64,000 bases of DNA from Planctomycetota bacterium (GTDB lineage: Bacteria > Planctomycetota > Brocadiia > JAADGH01). The DNA is taken from contig JBFMAD010000022.1 of the NCBI GenBank assembly GCA_040755855.1, forward strand, positions 34,967 through 98,966, in the 5' to 3' direction. Below, piece after piece: positions 18,441 through 27,419 of this stretch. Made by a program: the position numbers and the translations under genes. The notes under the pieces were generated by a model that saw only the letters and a list, made by a program, of their open reading frames with translations, was not told the origin of the DNA and made no database searches. Position 1 is the stretch's first letter. Every line of letters begins with the position of its first letter.

Positions 18441-18550
18441 GTTCGGAGTGCGGAGTGCGGAATGCGGAATGCGGAATGCGGAGTTCCGGTCACTTCACTC
18501 TTCACTTTCCACTCTCCACTTTCCACTCGCCACTCTCCATCCCACTTCGC
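18441..18550. repeat. paired heptanucleotide tracts (RTGCGGA)x7 then (CACTYTC)x8
   Basis: gttcgga gtgcgga gtgcgga atgcgga atgcgga atgcgga gttccgg, then tcacttc actcttc actttcc actctcc actttcc actcgcc actctcc. Confidence 0.85.
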
Positions 18551-18673
18551 ATACTCTGCGAGGGATTTCTTGTTAGCCAAGCGTATTTCGTTCCGCAAAA
18601 AGGCCCTTTTACCATATGCCTGAGTAACAATCGCTTCTCGCGCCCAAATTTTCACTTTTGCGATGTTTCGGCT

Positions 18674-18692
18674 GAGACCTCCCGGAGGTCTC
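18674..18692. repeat. GAGACCTCC-C-GGAGGTCTC palindrome (same core as 32209-32241)
   Basis: Perfect 9-bp arms. A partial extra copy CCGGGAGGTT lies at 18699-18708. Confidence 0.6.
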
Positions 18693-18754
18693 GGATTGCC
18701 GGGAGGTTGAAACGCCGTCGTGGAGGATACATGCACCCGCGGCTATCGGCATAC

Positions 18755-18783
18755 TTGACTCTCAGATGAGGGCAACGTATCAT
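18755..18783 (+). promoter_or_regulatory. putative sigma70 promoter of the RND efflux operon
   Basis: TTGACT (18755-18760), 17-nt spacer, TATCAT (18778-18783), about 60 nt upstream of the adaptor gene ATG. Confidence 0.4.
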
Positions 18784-18841
18784 AAAGAAATGGCATCTCG
18801 TTGTTCCGGGCAATGATCTTGTTTTGCTGAACGGTTCATCC

Positions 18842-20143
18842 ATGAGAAAGATCGCTTTGATTCTGCTCATAGCGGCCCTGGCCGTTGCCGTGGTCTATCC
18901 CGCCTTCTCGCCGAAGCGTTCCAGCGGCTCCTTGGGGGGAAGGGGCGGCGCGGCCGTTGCTTACGTTCGCATCGCGCCGGTGGAGCGACAGTCTATTCGG
19001 CAATGGATCGGCGCGACCGGCGATGTCGCGGCGCAGGCGAGCGTCTCGGTCTTTTCGGAGGTGGAGGGCGAGCTGAAGAAACTCCTCGTGGACGAAGGCG
19101 ACGCGGTGACGCAGGGCCAGGTGATCGCGCAGATTGACCCGGAGGAGCTTGAGGCCGCCCACGAGCGCTACAAGGCCGCTTTGGGGGTCATGAGTGCGCG
19201 CGCGGCGCAGATCAACGCCCCGCCTCGCCCCGAGGAACTCCAGAAGGCTAAGACGCAACTCGATGAGGCAAACGTCCGCAAGCAGAGGGCCGAGGCCGAC
19301 TACACACGGCAGAAGGAGTTGTTCCAGCGAAACATCTCCAGCCGAGAACTCCTCGACGCGGCGGAGATGTCCTTCGCCGTGGCGACGGCCCAGTTCAACG
19401 TGGCCAAGGCGGACCTCGACCTGGTCGAGAAAGGCGCGCGCGAGGAGGAACGCAACGTCCTCGCCGCGCAGGTGAAGGAGGCAGACACGCAGGTCCACCT
19501 GGCCGAGCTGCGCCTCCGAAAGGCGACCATCAAGGCCCCGATCGCGGGCATCGTGGACAAGCGTTACTTCGATCAGGGCGCATACGTGGATACCGACAAG
19601 CCTATCTTCCGGATCGTGGACATCCGCACCGTGAAGGTCCTGGCCAACATCCCTGAACGCGACGTCGCCGGCACGCAGGCCGGGATGAACGTCGAGGTCG
19701 AGGTGGACGCCTACCCCGGCCGCGTGTTTGCCGGCGAGGTCCGCCGGATCAGCCCCACCGTCGCCGCCGACAGCCGCACGGCGGAGATCGAGGTGGCGAT
19801 CCCCAACAAGGAGATGCAGCTCAAGCCCGGCATGTTTGCCCGCGTCCGAATCATCGTCGGCGAGAAGAAGGACACGTTGGTCGTCGCCACCGACGCCGTG
19901 GTCAAATCGCCCGAGGGGACCCATCTCTTCATCGTCAAGGACGGCAAGGCGAGCCGCCGCCCCGTCAAGATCGGCCTCACGCAGGACAGCCTCACGGAGG
20001 TCCTGGAGGGCGTCCAGGAGCAAGAGCAGGTGGTCACCTTCGGCCTGCTCATGCTCAAGGACGGCATGGACGTGGTGGTCAAGGGACCCGAGACAACAGC
20101 CCCTGCGCCAAGCGAAGGGGAAAAGAGCGAGTCACGCCCATGA
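18842..20143 (+). CDS. efflux RND transporter periplasmic adaptor subunit (HlyD/MFP family)
   Basis: N-terminal TM MRKIALILLIAALAVAVVY, coiled-coil middle, beta-barrel C-terminus (IKAPIAGIVDKRYFDQGAYV). The stop overlaps the start of the RND pump (ATGA). The track ORF start at 18824 is TTG. Confidence 0.85.
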   Translation: MRKIALILLIAALAVAVVYPAFSPKRSSGSLGGRGGAAVAYVRIAPVERQSIRQWIGATGDVAAQASVSVFSEVEGELKKLLVDEGDAVTQGQVIAQIDPEELEAAHERYKAALGVMSARAAQINAPPRPEELQKAKTQLDEANVRKQRAEADYTRQKELFQRNISSRELLDAAEMSFAVATAQFNVAKADLDLVEKGAREEERNVLAAQVKEADTQVHLAELRLRKATIKAPIAGIVDKRYFDQGAYVDTDKPIFRIVDIRTVKVLANIPERDVAGTQAGMNVEVEVDAYPGRVFAGEVRRISPTVAADSRTAEIEVAIPNKEMQLKPGMFARVRIIVGEKKDTLVVATDAVVKSPEGTHLFIVKDGKASRRPVKIGLTQDSLTEVLEGVQEQEQVVTFGLLMLKDGMDVVVKGPETTAPAPSEGEKSESRP

Positions 20144-23100
20144 ACCTGCCGCGGTTCTCTGTCGGCCATCCCATCACCGTGACGATGTCCTACCTGGGCA
20201 TCCTAATGATCGGGGGCGTGTTGCTCATGCGCCTGCCTGTGGACCTTCTCCCCGACGTGGAGCGCAAGTCCGTCGCCGTGATCACGGAGTACGAGGGCGC
20301 AGGGCCGGAAGAGATCGAGACGCTCATCACCGAACCGATCGAGCGCGAGGTGAGCACGGTGTCGAACGTCATCGAGGTGGTCAGCGACTCCCGCGAGGAC
20401 CAGTCGCGCATAGACATCAAGTTCGCCTGGGGCGCCGACATGAACGAGGCCCTGAACGAGGTGCGCGAGAAGGTCGCGATCGCAAAACGCCAGGCCTCCT
20501 TCCCCGATGACGCCGAGGAGCCGGTGGTCTATAAGTTCGAATGGTCCATGATCCCCATCCTGCGCTTCGGCCTGTCGGGGACCATGCCGCTCGACAAGAT
20601 CCGCGATTACGCCGACGACGAGATCCAGTACCGCCTTGAGCAGTTAGAGGGCGTGGCGTCGGTGTCAATACAGGGCGGATTGGAGCGCGAAATCCTGGTC
20701 GAGGTCCGGCGCGACGCCCTCGAGGCCATCGGCATGACCCCCGCCCAGTTGATTGACGTGCTCCGTGCGGAGAACCTCGATCTGCCGGGGGGCTTTGTGG
20801 AAAGCGGAAACACCGAGTTCCTCCTCCGCACCAAGGGCCAGTTCGCCGCGGTGAGGGAGATGGAGGACATCGTGATCGCCGAGCGGTCCGGCGTGCCGGT
20901 CCGCCTCCGCAACGTCGCCCGCGTCCTGGATACGTTCAAGGAGGTCCGCTACTACACGCGCATGAAGGAGGGGGCGGGGGTCTCCGTGTCGGTTTACAAA
21001 CAATCCGGCGAGAATACGCCCCGCGTGGCCGCCCGCGTTCGGAAGCGACTTGAACAGATTCGGGCCGACCTCCCGCCCGGCATCGAGATGGAACTCGAGT
21101 TTGACGAGTCCGAGTTCATCCGCAGTTCCATCTCCCAGGTGAACTCCACCGCCACCCAGGGCGGGGCGCTGGCCATCCTTGTCCTGCTTTTCTTCCTTCG
21201 CAGCCTTACGAGCACGCTCATCATCGCCGTCTCGATCCCGCTCTCGATTGTGGCTACGTTCATCCTGATGGGGCTTGCCGGCATCTCGCTCAACATGGTC
21301 TCCCTCGGCGGGCTTGTCCTCGGCATCGGAATGTTGGTGGATAACTCCATCGTCGTCCTCGAAAACATCTTCCGCCACCGCGAATCCGGCGAAGCGCCCC
21401 TGGACGCGGCCGTCCAGGGCAGCGACGAGGTCCGGATGGCCATCTCCGCCTCCACCCTCACCACCCTCTGCGTCTTTGTGCCCCTGTTGCTTCTCTCAGG
21501 TTCGATGGCGGCGGCCTTCTTCCGCGAGATGGCTATCACCGTCTCCTTCTCCCTCATCGCCTCGCTCGTCGTCGCTCTCACGCTCGTCCCCATGCTGGCG
21601 GCCATCCTGCTGCGGAGGATGCGCGCCGACGAGCAGCGCGGGTGGATGTTCCACTCCATCGGCCGGATACTCACCGCCGTCGAGAACCGCTACGCCGCCG
21701 CGGTGGGCCGATTGATGCCCTGGCGCATTCCCCTCCTCGGCCTCGCCGTCATCGCGCTGGTATGCTCCGTCCTTGCCATGCCCCGGCTCGGCACGGAGTT
21801 CATCCCGACCGTGGACGAGGGGCGAATCTCATTGAATCTCGAAATGCCTGTCGGCACAAGACTCGAGATCACCGACCGTGTCATGCGTGAGATCGAGGAG
21901 ACCATCAAGGCCGAGGTCCCTGAGACCCGAAGCATGTTCTCCCAGGCCGGCACCGGCGGCGGCTTCCATGGTCGCGCCAGCACCGGCACCAACACGGGAA
22001 CGATGCGAATCAACCTCGTCCCGCGCGTCGAGCGCGAGCGCGGCATCGCCGAGATCGTCTCTGCCCTGCGCAAGCGCCTCGTCGGCATCCCCGGGGCGAA
22101 GATCTGGATCTCCGAGCGCGGGTCCCTCCTCGCCCGCGTCATCAGCGGCGGCTGGAACGAGCAACTCCAGATTGACGTGCGCGGCCACGACCTGTCGCGC
22201 ACCGTGGCCGTCTCGCAGAGGATCGCCGACGCCATCAAGGCCGTGCCCGGCGTGCAAAGCCCCCGCCTCAGCCAGGAACTCGGCAAGCCGGAACTGGTGA
22301 TCCATGTGGATCGCCGAAAGGCCTCGGCCCTGGGCGTGAATGTGTCCGACGTGGCGAACGTCGTACGCACCTGCTTCGTCGGCACAGTTGCCACGCAATA
22401 CCGCGAGGGGGGCGACGAATACGACGTCCGCATCCGCCTCCGCGAGGAGGACCGCCTCCGTCCCCTCGACATCACCCAGGTGATGGTCACATCCGGCAGC
22501 GGCGCCAAGATACCGCTACGCAACATCATGCGCGTTGATCAAATGGCCGGGCCGGTGAAGATTGACCGGAAGAACCGCGAGCGCATCGTCACCGTCTCCG
22601 CCTCCATCGAGGGCCGCGACCTCGGCAGCGTCATGGTTGAAATCCGCAAGGCCATCGCCGACATCCCCACCGGCGAGGGCGTCCACATCTCCTTCGCCGG
22701 CGACACGGAGGAGGCCCAGAAGTCAAACCGCGACCTCGCCGTCGCCCTCACCCTGGCTGTTGCGCTCGTCTATATGGTCATGGCCTCCCAGTTCGAATCG
22801 CTCCTCCACCCATTCGTCATCATGTTCACCATCCCCTTCTCCCTCATCGGAGTCATCCTTACCCTCTTCTATACCGACACTTACGCCAGCGTCATGGTCG
22901 GCATCGGCGGGATCCTCCTCTGCGGCATCGTCGTCAACAACGCCATCGTCCTCATTGACTACACGAACCAGATCCGGGCGCGCGGCGTGGCGATGCGCGA
23001 GGCCGTCATGGAAGGGGCGAGGACCCGCCTGCGACCGATCCTTATGACCACGCTCACTACCGTGCTCGCCCTTGTGCCGCTCTCCCTCGGCATCGGCGAG

Positions 23101-23265
23101 GGGGCGGAGCTGCAGGCTCCGCTCGCCCGCGTCGTCGTCGGCGGACTCACCGTCTCCACACTCTTCACACTCTTCTTCATCCCTCTCCTCTACACCCTTG
23201 CCGAGGACCTCCGCGCCTGGGTCGTCCGCCTCGTCCGTTCGCCGCAGCGTGATGGGAAGGGGTGA
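20140..23265 (+). CDS. efflux RND transporter permease subunit (AcrB/AcrD/AcrF family)
   Basis: 1041 aa with 12-TM/2-loop AcrB architecture (GLVLGIGMLVDNSIVVLENI; GILLCGIVVNNAIVLIDY). Confidence 0.9.
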   Translation: MNLPRFSVGHPITVTMSYLGILMIGGVLLMRLPVDLLPDVERKSVAVITEYEGAGPEEIETLITEPIEREVSTVSNVIEVVSDSREDQSRIDIKFAWGADMNEALNEVREKVAIAKRQASFPDDAEEPVVYKFEWSMIPILRFGLSGTMPLDKIRDYADDEIQYRLEQLEGVASVSIQGGLEREILVEVRRDALEAIGMTPAQLIDVLRAENLDLPGGFVESGNTEFLLRTKGQFAAVREMEDIVIAERSGVPVRLRNVARVLDTFKEVRYYTRMKEGAGVSVSVYKQSGENTPRVAARVRKRLEQIRADLPPGIEMELEFDESEFIRSSISQVNSTATQGGALAILVLLFFLRSLTSTLIIAVSIPLSIVATFILMGLAGISLNMVSLGGLVLGIGMLVDNSIVVLENIFRHRESGEAPLDAAVQGSDEVRMAISASTLTTLCVFVPLLLLSGSMAAAFFREMAITVSFSLIASLVVALTLVPMLAAILLRRMRADEQRGWMFHSIGRILTAVENRYAAAVGRLMPWRIPLLGLAVIALVCSVLAMPRLGTEFIPTVDEGRISLNLEMPVGTRLEITDRVMREIEETIKAEVPETRSMFSQAGTGGGFHGRASTGTNTGTMRINLVPRVERERGIAEIVSALRKRLVGIPGAKIWISERGSLLARVISGGWNEQLQIDVRGHDLSRTVAVSQRIADAIKAVPGVQSPRLSQELGKPELVIHVDRRKASALGVNVSDVANVVRTCFVGTVATQYREGGDEYDVRIRLREEDRLRPLDITQVMVTSGSGAKIPLRNIMRVDQMAGPVKIDRKNRERIVTVSASIEGRDLGSVMVEIRKAIADIPTGEGVHISFAGDTEEAQKSNRDLAVALTLAVALVYMVMASQFESLLHPFVIMFTIPFSLIGVILTLFYTDTYASVMVGIGGILLCGIVVNNAIVLIDYTNQIRARGVAMREAVMEGARTRLRPILMTTLTTVLALVPLSLGIGEGAELQAPLARVVVGGLTVSTLFTLFFIPLLYTLAEDLRAWVVRLVRSPQRDGKG

Positions 23266-23280
23266 GAGGGCGCCTTTTCC

Positions 23281-23425
23281 GATTGCGGAATGCGGAATGA
23301 AAAAGCAGACGCAGATGGAGGCAGATGAACACAGCAAAATTATCTGTGAGAATCAGCGTGAATCTGCGTCAACTCCTGATCTTAAATCCGAAATCCGCAA
23401 TCCCCAATCCCCAATCCGAAATCCG
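23281..23425. repeat. composite element: GGAATGC heptamers, GACGCAGAT...ATCTGCGTC hairpin, (AATCCSM)x6 heptamers
   Basis: Left gattgcg gaatgcg gaatg. The central inverted repeat lies within 23306-23372. Right aaatccg aaatccg caatccc caatccc caatccg aaatccg, roughly the reverse complement of the left type. Confidence 0.8.
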
Positions 23426-23545
23426 TAGACCTTCTTCCTTGACGCCGCTCCGTCCGCCTGCTATTCTGTTGTTCGACCCTTTGATCCTTCAACCGGGCGG
23501 GGGACATGAACCGGAAGCTGCCAGACTTCTGATGATTTTTATTTT

Positions 23546-23601
23546 AAATTTGCGATTTGAATCCAGACTCCGCACTCCCCACTTTCCACTCCCCACACTC
23601 C
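23546..23601. repeat. heptamer tract (GATTTG-type then TCCNCAC-type)
   Basis: aaatttg cgatttg aatccag actccgc actcccc actttcc actcccc acactcc. TCCGCAC is the exact reverse complement of the GTGCGGA units at 18448. Confidence 0.75.
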
Positions 23602-23602
23602 T

Positions 23603-23620
23603 TGAACTCCGGCGAGTTCA
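23603..23620. repeat. TGAACTC-YGGC-GAGTTCA hairpin, copy 1
   Basis: Same 18-mer (one loop difference) as at 56659-56676. Downstream of the sulfatase-like gene on the minus strand. Confidence 0.7.
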
Positions 23621-23651
23621 GCTACCGGGCATCGCCCTTCTGTCACAGGAA

Positions 23652-25091
23652 CTATTTCGGCTCGTCCACGAGGCGGCTGTTCAGGATGTGCTGGGAGTAG
23701 AACTTGTATATCACACTGCGCGGCGGCTGCGGCACGTAGCCGGTCATGTCGCCCGGGTCGCCCGCCTCGTAGAGGCGAACCAACTGTGGCTGCGCTTCGT
23801 GGGTCTTGAGGAATTCGACCACGCCCTCGTGGAGCCGCGCGACTTCTTTGGGATGATCCTGGGCCACATTCGTCAGTTGCTGGGGATCGGCCTGGGAGTC
23901 ATAAAGCTCGCGTGCAACGGGATTGGGGCGATCCACTAAGAGCCATCGCCCGTCGCGCGCGGCGATGGAGTGGTCCGGCGACTTGGGGTTCGGCACGACC
24001 TTTGCCGAGATGGCGACGTCGCGGATCTTGCACGACTTCCCATGCAGCAGCGGCAGGAACGATCTGCCCTGCATCCGCTCGGGTATCTGGATGCCCGCCA
24101 TGTCGAGCAGCGTGGGGGCGAGGTCGGCGGGCTGGACAAGGTCGTTGAACCGTCGGCCATTGGCCGCGGCCTGGGGCATGCGGATCATCAGGACCGTCCG
24201 ACACACCTCATCATACAGGGGAGTCTTCGTCAGAATCTTGCCGTGCTCGTTAAGGTACGTGCCGTGATCGGAGATCCAGATGACGCACGTGTTGTCGGAC
24301 AGGCCCAGCACATCGAGGGTCTCCATGATGCGGCCGAGGCATCGGTCCACGAAGGTGACCGTGCCGGCGTAGCGGGCGACGACATTCTTGATGTCCGCCT
24401 CGGTCAGTTTGGCCGGGTCGGGCACATGGGATAGAAGCACATCGCCATCGTAGCCGGGATCGTAGAGATCGGTGTAGTGCTGGGGCGGGAGGTTCGGCTC
24501 GTGCGGGTCGAAGGCGTCCACCCAGAGGAGGAACTTCTCGTGCTTTGCGTTTCGCTCCAGCCAGTTGACGACGCGCTGGCAGGTCTGGTGGGTGACCCAG
24601 TCCTCCTCCATCTGTCGGTCGCGGATGTTGCGCAGGTATTGGGCGATGCTGGTATTGATGAACCGCGCCTCGGACTTGGACGTGTCCTTGAAGGGCAGGA
24701 CGACGGAATCGGAGGTCATGCCGTAGCGGTCAATTTCCTGGCCGCGGATGAAGTCCCATGCGTTGAAGGGCCAGTCGAAGTTGCCGCCGCCGTTGACGAG
24801 GTGAGGCGTGTCGCAGATCAACTGAGTCACGTAGCCGTTCCGGCTCAGGATGTCGGGGAGCGTCACCGCATCATAGCGTAGCGGAAGCCAGGCATGGAAC
24901 GGCTCGCCGAAGCGTCCGGTCAGAAGGTCCGTGCGGTTGGGGATTGTGGGGAAGCTGCCGACGTAGGCTTTGTCGAAGACGGCGGCGGTCCGGGCGAACT
25001 CGGCGGCGTGGGGCGTGCGGACCCACGTGTTGCCGTAGGCGCTCAGGTAGTCGGGGCGCAGGGTGTCGTTCATGATGACGACAAAATTCAT
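23652..25091 (-). CDS. sulfatase-like alkaline-phosphatase-superfamily enzyme with Thr in place of the formylglycine Cys/Ser; no signal peptide
   Basis: MNFVVIMNDTLRPDYLSAYG...GSFPTIPNRTDLLTGRFG aligns to the sulfatase DDxG...C-x-P-x-R-xxxLTG motif but reads T-I-P-N-R. ISDHG near the C-terminal half. AAGGAG RBS. 15 bp downstream of the sugar transferase gene. Confidence 0.7.
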   Translation of the reverse strand: MNFVVIMNDTLRPDYLSAYGNTWVRTPHAAEFARTAAVFDKAYVGSFPTIPNRTDLLTGRFGEPFHAWLPLRYDAVTLPDILSRNGYVTQLICDTPHLVNGGGNFDWPFNAWDFIRGQEIDRYGMTSDSVVLPFKDTSKSEARFINTSIAQYLRNIRDRQMEEDWVTHQTCQRVVNWLERNAKHEKFLLWVDAFDPHEPNLPPQHYTDLYDPGYDGDVLLSHVPDPAKLTEADIKNVVARYAGTVTFVDRCLGRIMETLDVLGLSDNTCVIWISDHGTYLNEHGKILTKTPLYDEVCRTVLMIRMPQAAANGRRFNDLVQPADLAPTLLDMAGIQIPERMQGRSFLPLLHGKSCKIRDVAISAKVVPNPKSPDHSIAARDGRWLLVDRPNPVARELYDSQADPQQLTNVAQDHPKEVARLHEGVVEFLKTHEAQPQLVRLYEAGDPGDMTGYVPQPPRSVIYKFYSQHILNSRLVDEPK

Positions 25092-25106
25092 CGAGTCTCC
25101 TTCTCT

Positions 25107-26522
25107 TCAGTAGCTTCCTTTGCCCCGGATCACCGCGGGGATGGTCCAGAGGAGGACCTTTATGTCCAGCCAGAGGGACCATTGGTCAATGTAACGCAGG
25201 TCGAGCCTCATCCACTGGCTGAAGGCCAGGTCGCTCCGGCCGCTGACCTGCCACAGGCATGTTATGCCCGGCTTCATGCTGAGGCGGCGGCGCTGCCAGC
25301 GCTCGTAGCCCTCCACTTCGTGCATGGGCACGGGACGCGGGCCGACAATGGACATGTCGCCCTTGAGCACGTTCCACAACTGCGGCATCTCGTCAAGGCT
25401 GAACCGCCGCAGATAGCGGCCGACGGTCGTCACGCGCGGATCGTCCTTCGCCTTGAAGGATGGGCCGTCGGAGGTCTTGAGCGCGGCGACGCGGGCCTTC
25501 TCTTCCTCCGCGTGGTCAACCATTGACCGGAATTTGTATGTGATGAACTCCCGTCCATGAAGCCCCGCCCGCTTCTGGCGGAAGAGGATGGGGCCGCGCG
25601 ACGTGGCCTTGATGAGAACAGCGATCAGCGCGAGGAAGGGCGCGAGCAGGGCCAGAAGCACCAGCGACAGGGCCACGTCCATGAGCCGCTTGATGAGCAG
25701 CGGCCCGGCGTGGCGCGGGGCGGAACTGTAGGTCAGGAACGGCAGGCCGTCCAATTGTTCGACATACGTCTTCGACAGGATAACATTGAAGAAATCGGCC
25801 TGGAGGTGGATGTCCACGCCCACTTCTTCGCAGATGCGAATGACCTCCTCCGACTCCGTCAGGTCGGCGAGCGGGTCGGCGAAGACCACGTCGTCAACGA
25901 CGTTCTTGTCAATGGTCGTCTGCAGGTCGCCGATGGTTCCGAGGACGGGCACGCCATCGAGGTCCTCGTTGGCGAGGCGCGTGCGCGTGGCGATGCCGGC
26001 GATGTGGAAGACGCCGGCGGCGTGCTCGGCGAGGCGCTTGGCCATCTCCTCGGCCTTCTCCGCGCTGCCGACGATGAGAAGACGGCGCACCGCCTTCTCC
26101 CTTTGCGTCGCCAGCCTTAGAGCCACTCGGTGGGCGATGTGGAAGCAGACAAGGCAGAGCGCGAAGAACAGGCCCACCATCATCCGACTCACGGTGAGGG
26201 GCTTGAAGACAAAATTGAAAAGCGCCATGAACACGCCGCAGAGGATGAGGGGTTTGACGACGGACATAAACACATCCTGGCGCTCCCCGTGCAGCCACTT
26301 GGTGCCGCTGCAGTAGGAAAAGGCCAGGAGCCAAAGGGGAATGGCCAGAGCAGGGATCCAGATGTAGTATCGGAACGGCAGGATGACGCGCCACTCCACG
26401 TCCGTCACGATGCGCGGCATCGCCACGCGGAGATAGTAGGACCCCGCGAAGGCGCAGATGATGATGAGGGCGTCCACCACCATCACCTGCATCTGGATCA
26501 ACCGGTCGCGTTCTCGCAGCAT
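25107..26522 (-). CDS. polyprenyl-phosphate sugar phosphotransferase (WbaP/EPS sugar transferase family)
   Basis: N-terminal TM block, central Rossmann-like region, C-terminus ILFRQKRAGLHGREFITYKFRSM...DDPRVTTVGRYLRRFSLDEMPQLWNVLKGDMSIVGPRP. GTG at 26528 is the alternative start. Confidence 0.85.
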   Translation of the reverse strand: MLRERDRLIQMQVMVVDALIIICAFAGSYYLRVAMPRIVTDVEWRVILPFRYYIWIPALAIPLWLLAFSYCSGTKWLHGERQDVFMSVVKPLILCGVFMALFNFVFKPLTVSRMMVGLFFALCLVCFHIAHRVALRLATQREKAVRRLLIVGSAEKAEEMAKRLAEHAAGVFHIAGIATRTRLANEDLDGVPVLGTIGDLQTTIDKNVVDDVVFADPLADLTESEEVIRICEEVGVDIHLQADFFNVILSKTYVEQLDGLPFLTYSSAPRHAGPLLIKRLMDVALSLVLLALLAPFLALIAVLIKATSRGPILFRQKRAGLHGREFITYKFRSMVDHAEEEKARVAALKTSDGPSFKAKDDPRVTTVGRYLRRFSLDEMPQLWNVLKGDMSIVGPRPVPMHEVEGYERWQRRRLSMKPGITCLWQVSGRSDLAFSQWMRLDLRYIDQWSLWLDIKVLLWTIPAVIRGKGSY

Positions 26523-26549
26523 AAACACCTCGCTCTGGGACGAGCGGGT

Positions 26550-27389
26550 CTATTTTGCCAGGATGTCCCGATGCTTCTTCTTCAGGAACTTCACCGCCGT
26601 GCGCAGCGTCAGCTCGGGGAAGGCGCAGCCGTACATGCACAGCACCCAGAGTCCGTCGAACCCGCCGTCCTTCACGGCCTGGATGCAGGCGTCCACGTCA
26701 ATCTCGCCCTGGCCGATGGGCAGGTGCAGGCCGGGGACCTGGATGCCGTCGGCGATGTGGATGGATCCCATCGTCCCCTTCAGCGCATGGATCATGCCGA
26801 CCGGGTCGCCATTCGTGATGACGTTTGCATGGCAGAAGTCGAGGCAGACGCGGACGGACTTCGAGCCGACGTCCTTGATCAGCTTCGGCGCCTTTTCAGG
26901 AGTGCTGGCGATGAGGCCGGGGTGGAGCTCGATGCCGAGAACCATGCCGGCGGCTTCCAGGTGCTCCGCGCTCTCCTTCAGGGCGGCGACGAGGCGGCCC
27001 CAGACGGCCTTTTCGTCGGCCCCGTCGGGCAGGCGGCCCTCCGCCGTGCAGAGGTGCACCGCGCCGAGGGCCTTTGCAAGCTCGATGTTGTGCTTGATGA
27101 AGGCCACGGCGTCGGCGCGGCCCTGTTTCTCGTCCGGGTCCTGATAGGCCGTAAAGCCCTTGCCGCCCGGGGCGGGCGAGGCGATGATGCCCCGGATCGG
27201 CAGGCCGGCGGCCTCGGCGGCCATGCGGCAGAGATCGAGGTTCTTCGGGCCGAACTTGCCCTGCGTCAGGTAGGGGATGTGCGGCGGGAAGAGGTCCAGC
27301 CCCCCTGCGCCTGCCTTGGCGATGCGCTCAAAGATTGCCTCGATGGACCCGGCCGGGAACATGTGATTACTGGCCAACAGCATGGACAT
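26550..27389 (-). CDS. sugar phosphate isomerase/epimerase (xylose isomerase-like TIM barrel)
   Basis: 279 aa with GLDLFPPH, LGIELHPG and CLDFCHANV motifs typical of AP-endonuclease-2/xylose-isomerase-like barrels. First gene of the 27389-23652 minus-strand operon. Confidence 0.65.
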   Translation of the reverse strand: MSMLLASNHMFPAGSIEAIFERIAKAGAGGLDLFPPHIPYLTQGKFGPKNLDLCRMAAEAAGLPIRGIIASPAPGGKGFTAYQDPDEKQGRADAVAFIKHNIELAKALGAVHLCTAEGRLPDGADEKAVWGRLVAALKESAEHLEAAGMVLGIELHPGLIASTPEKAPKLIKDVGSKSVRVCLDFCHANVITNGDPVGMIHALKGTMGSIHIADGIQVPGLHLPIGQGEIDVDACIQAVKDGGFDGLWVLCMYGCAFPELTLRTAVKFLKKKHRDILAK

Positions 27390-27419
27390 TCCTCCTCAGA
27401 AAAGTTGCTGACATGCAAC

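Noticed and set aside
23652-25091. Calling this gene an arylsulfatase
   Set aside because: The formylglycine position is Thr (TIPNR) and there is no export signal. Only the fold-level assignment (sulfatase-like alkaline-phosphatase superfamily) is supported.
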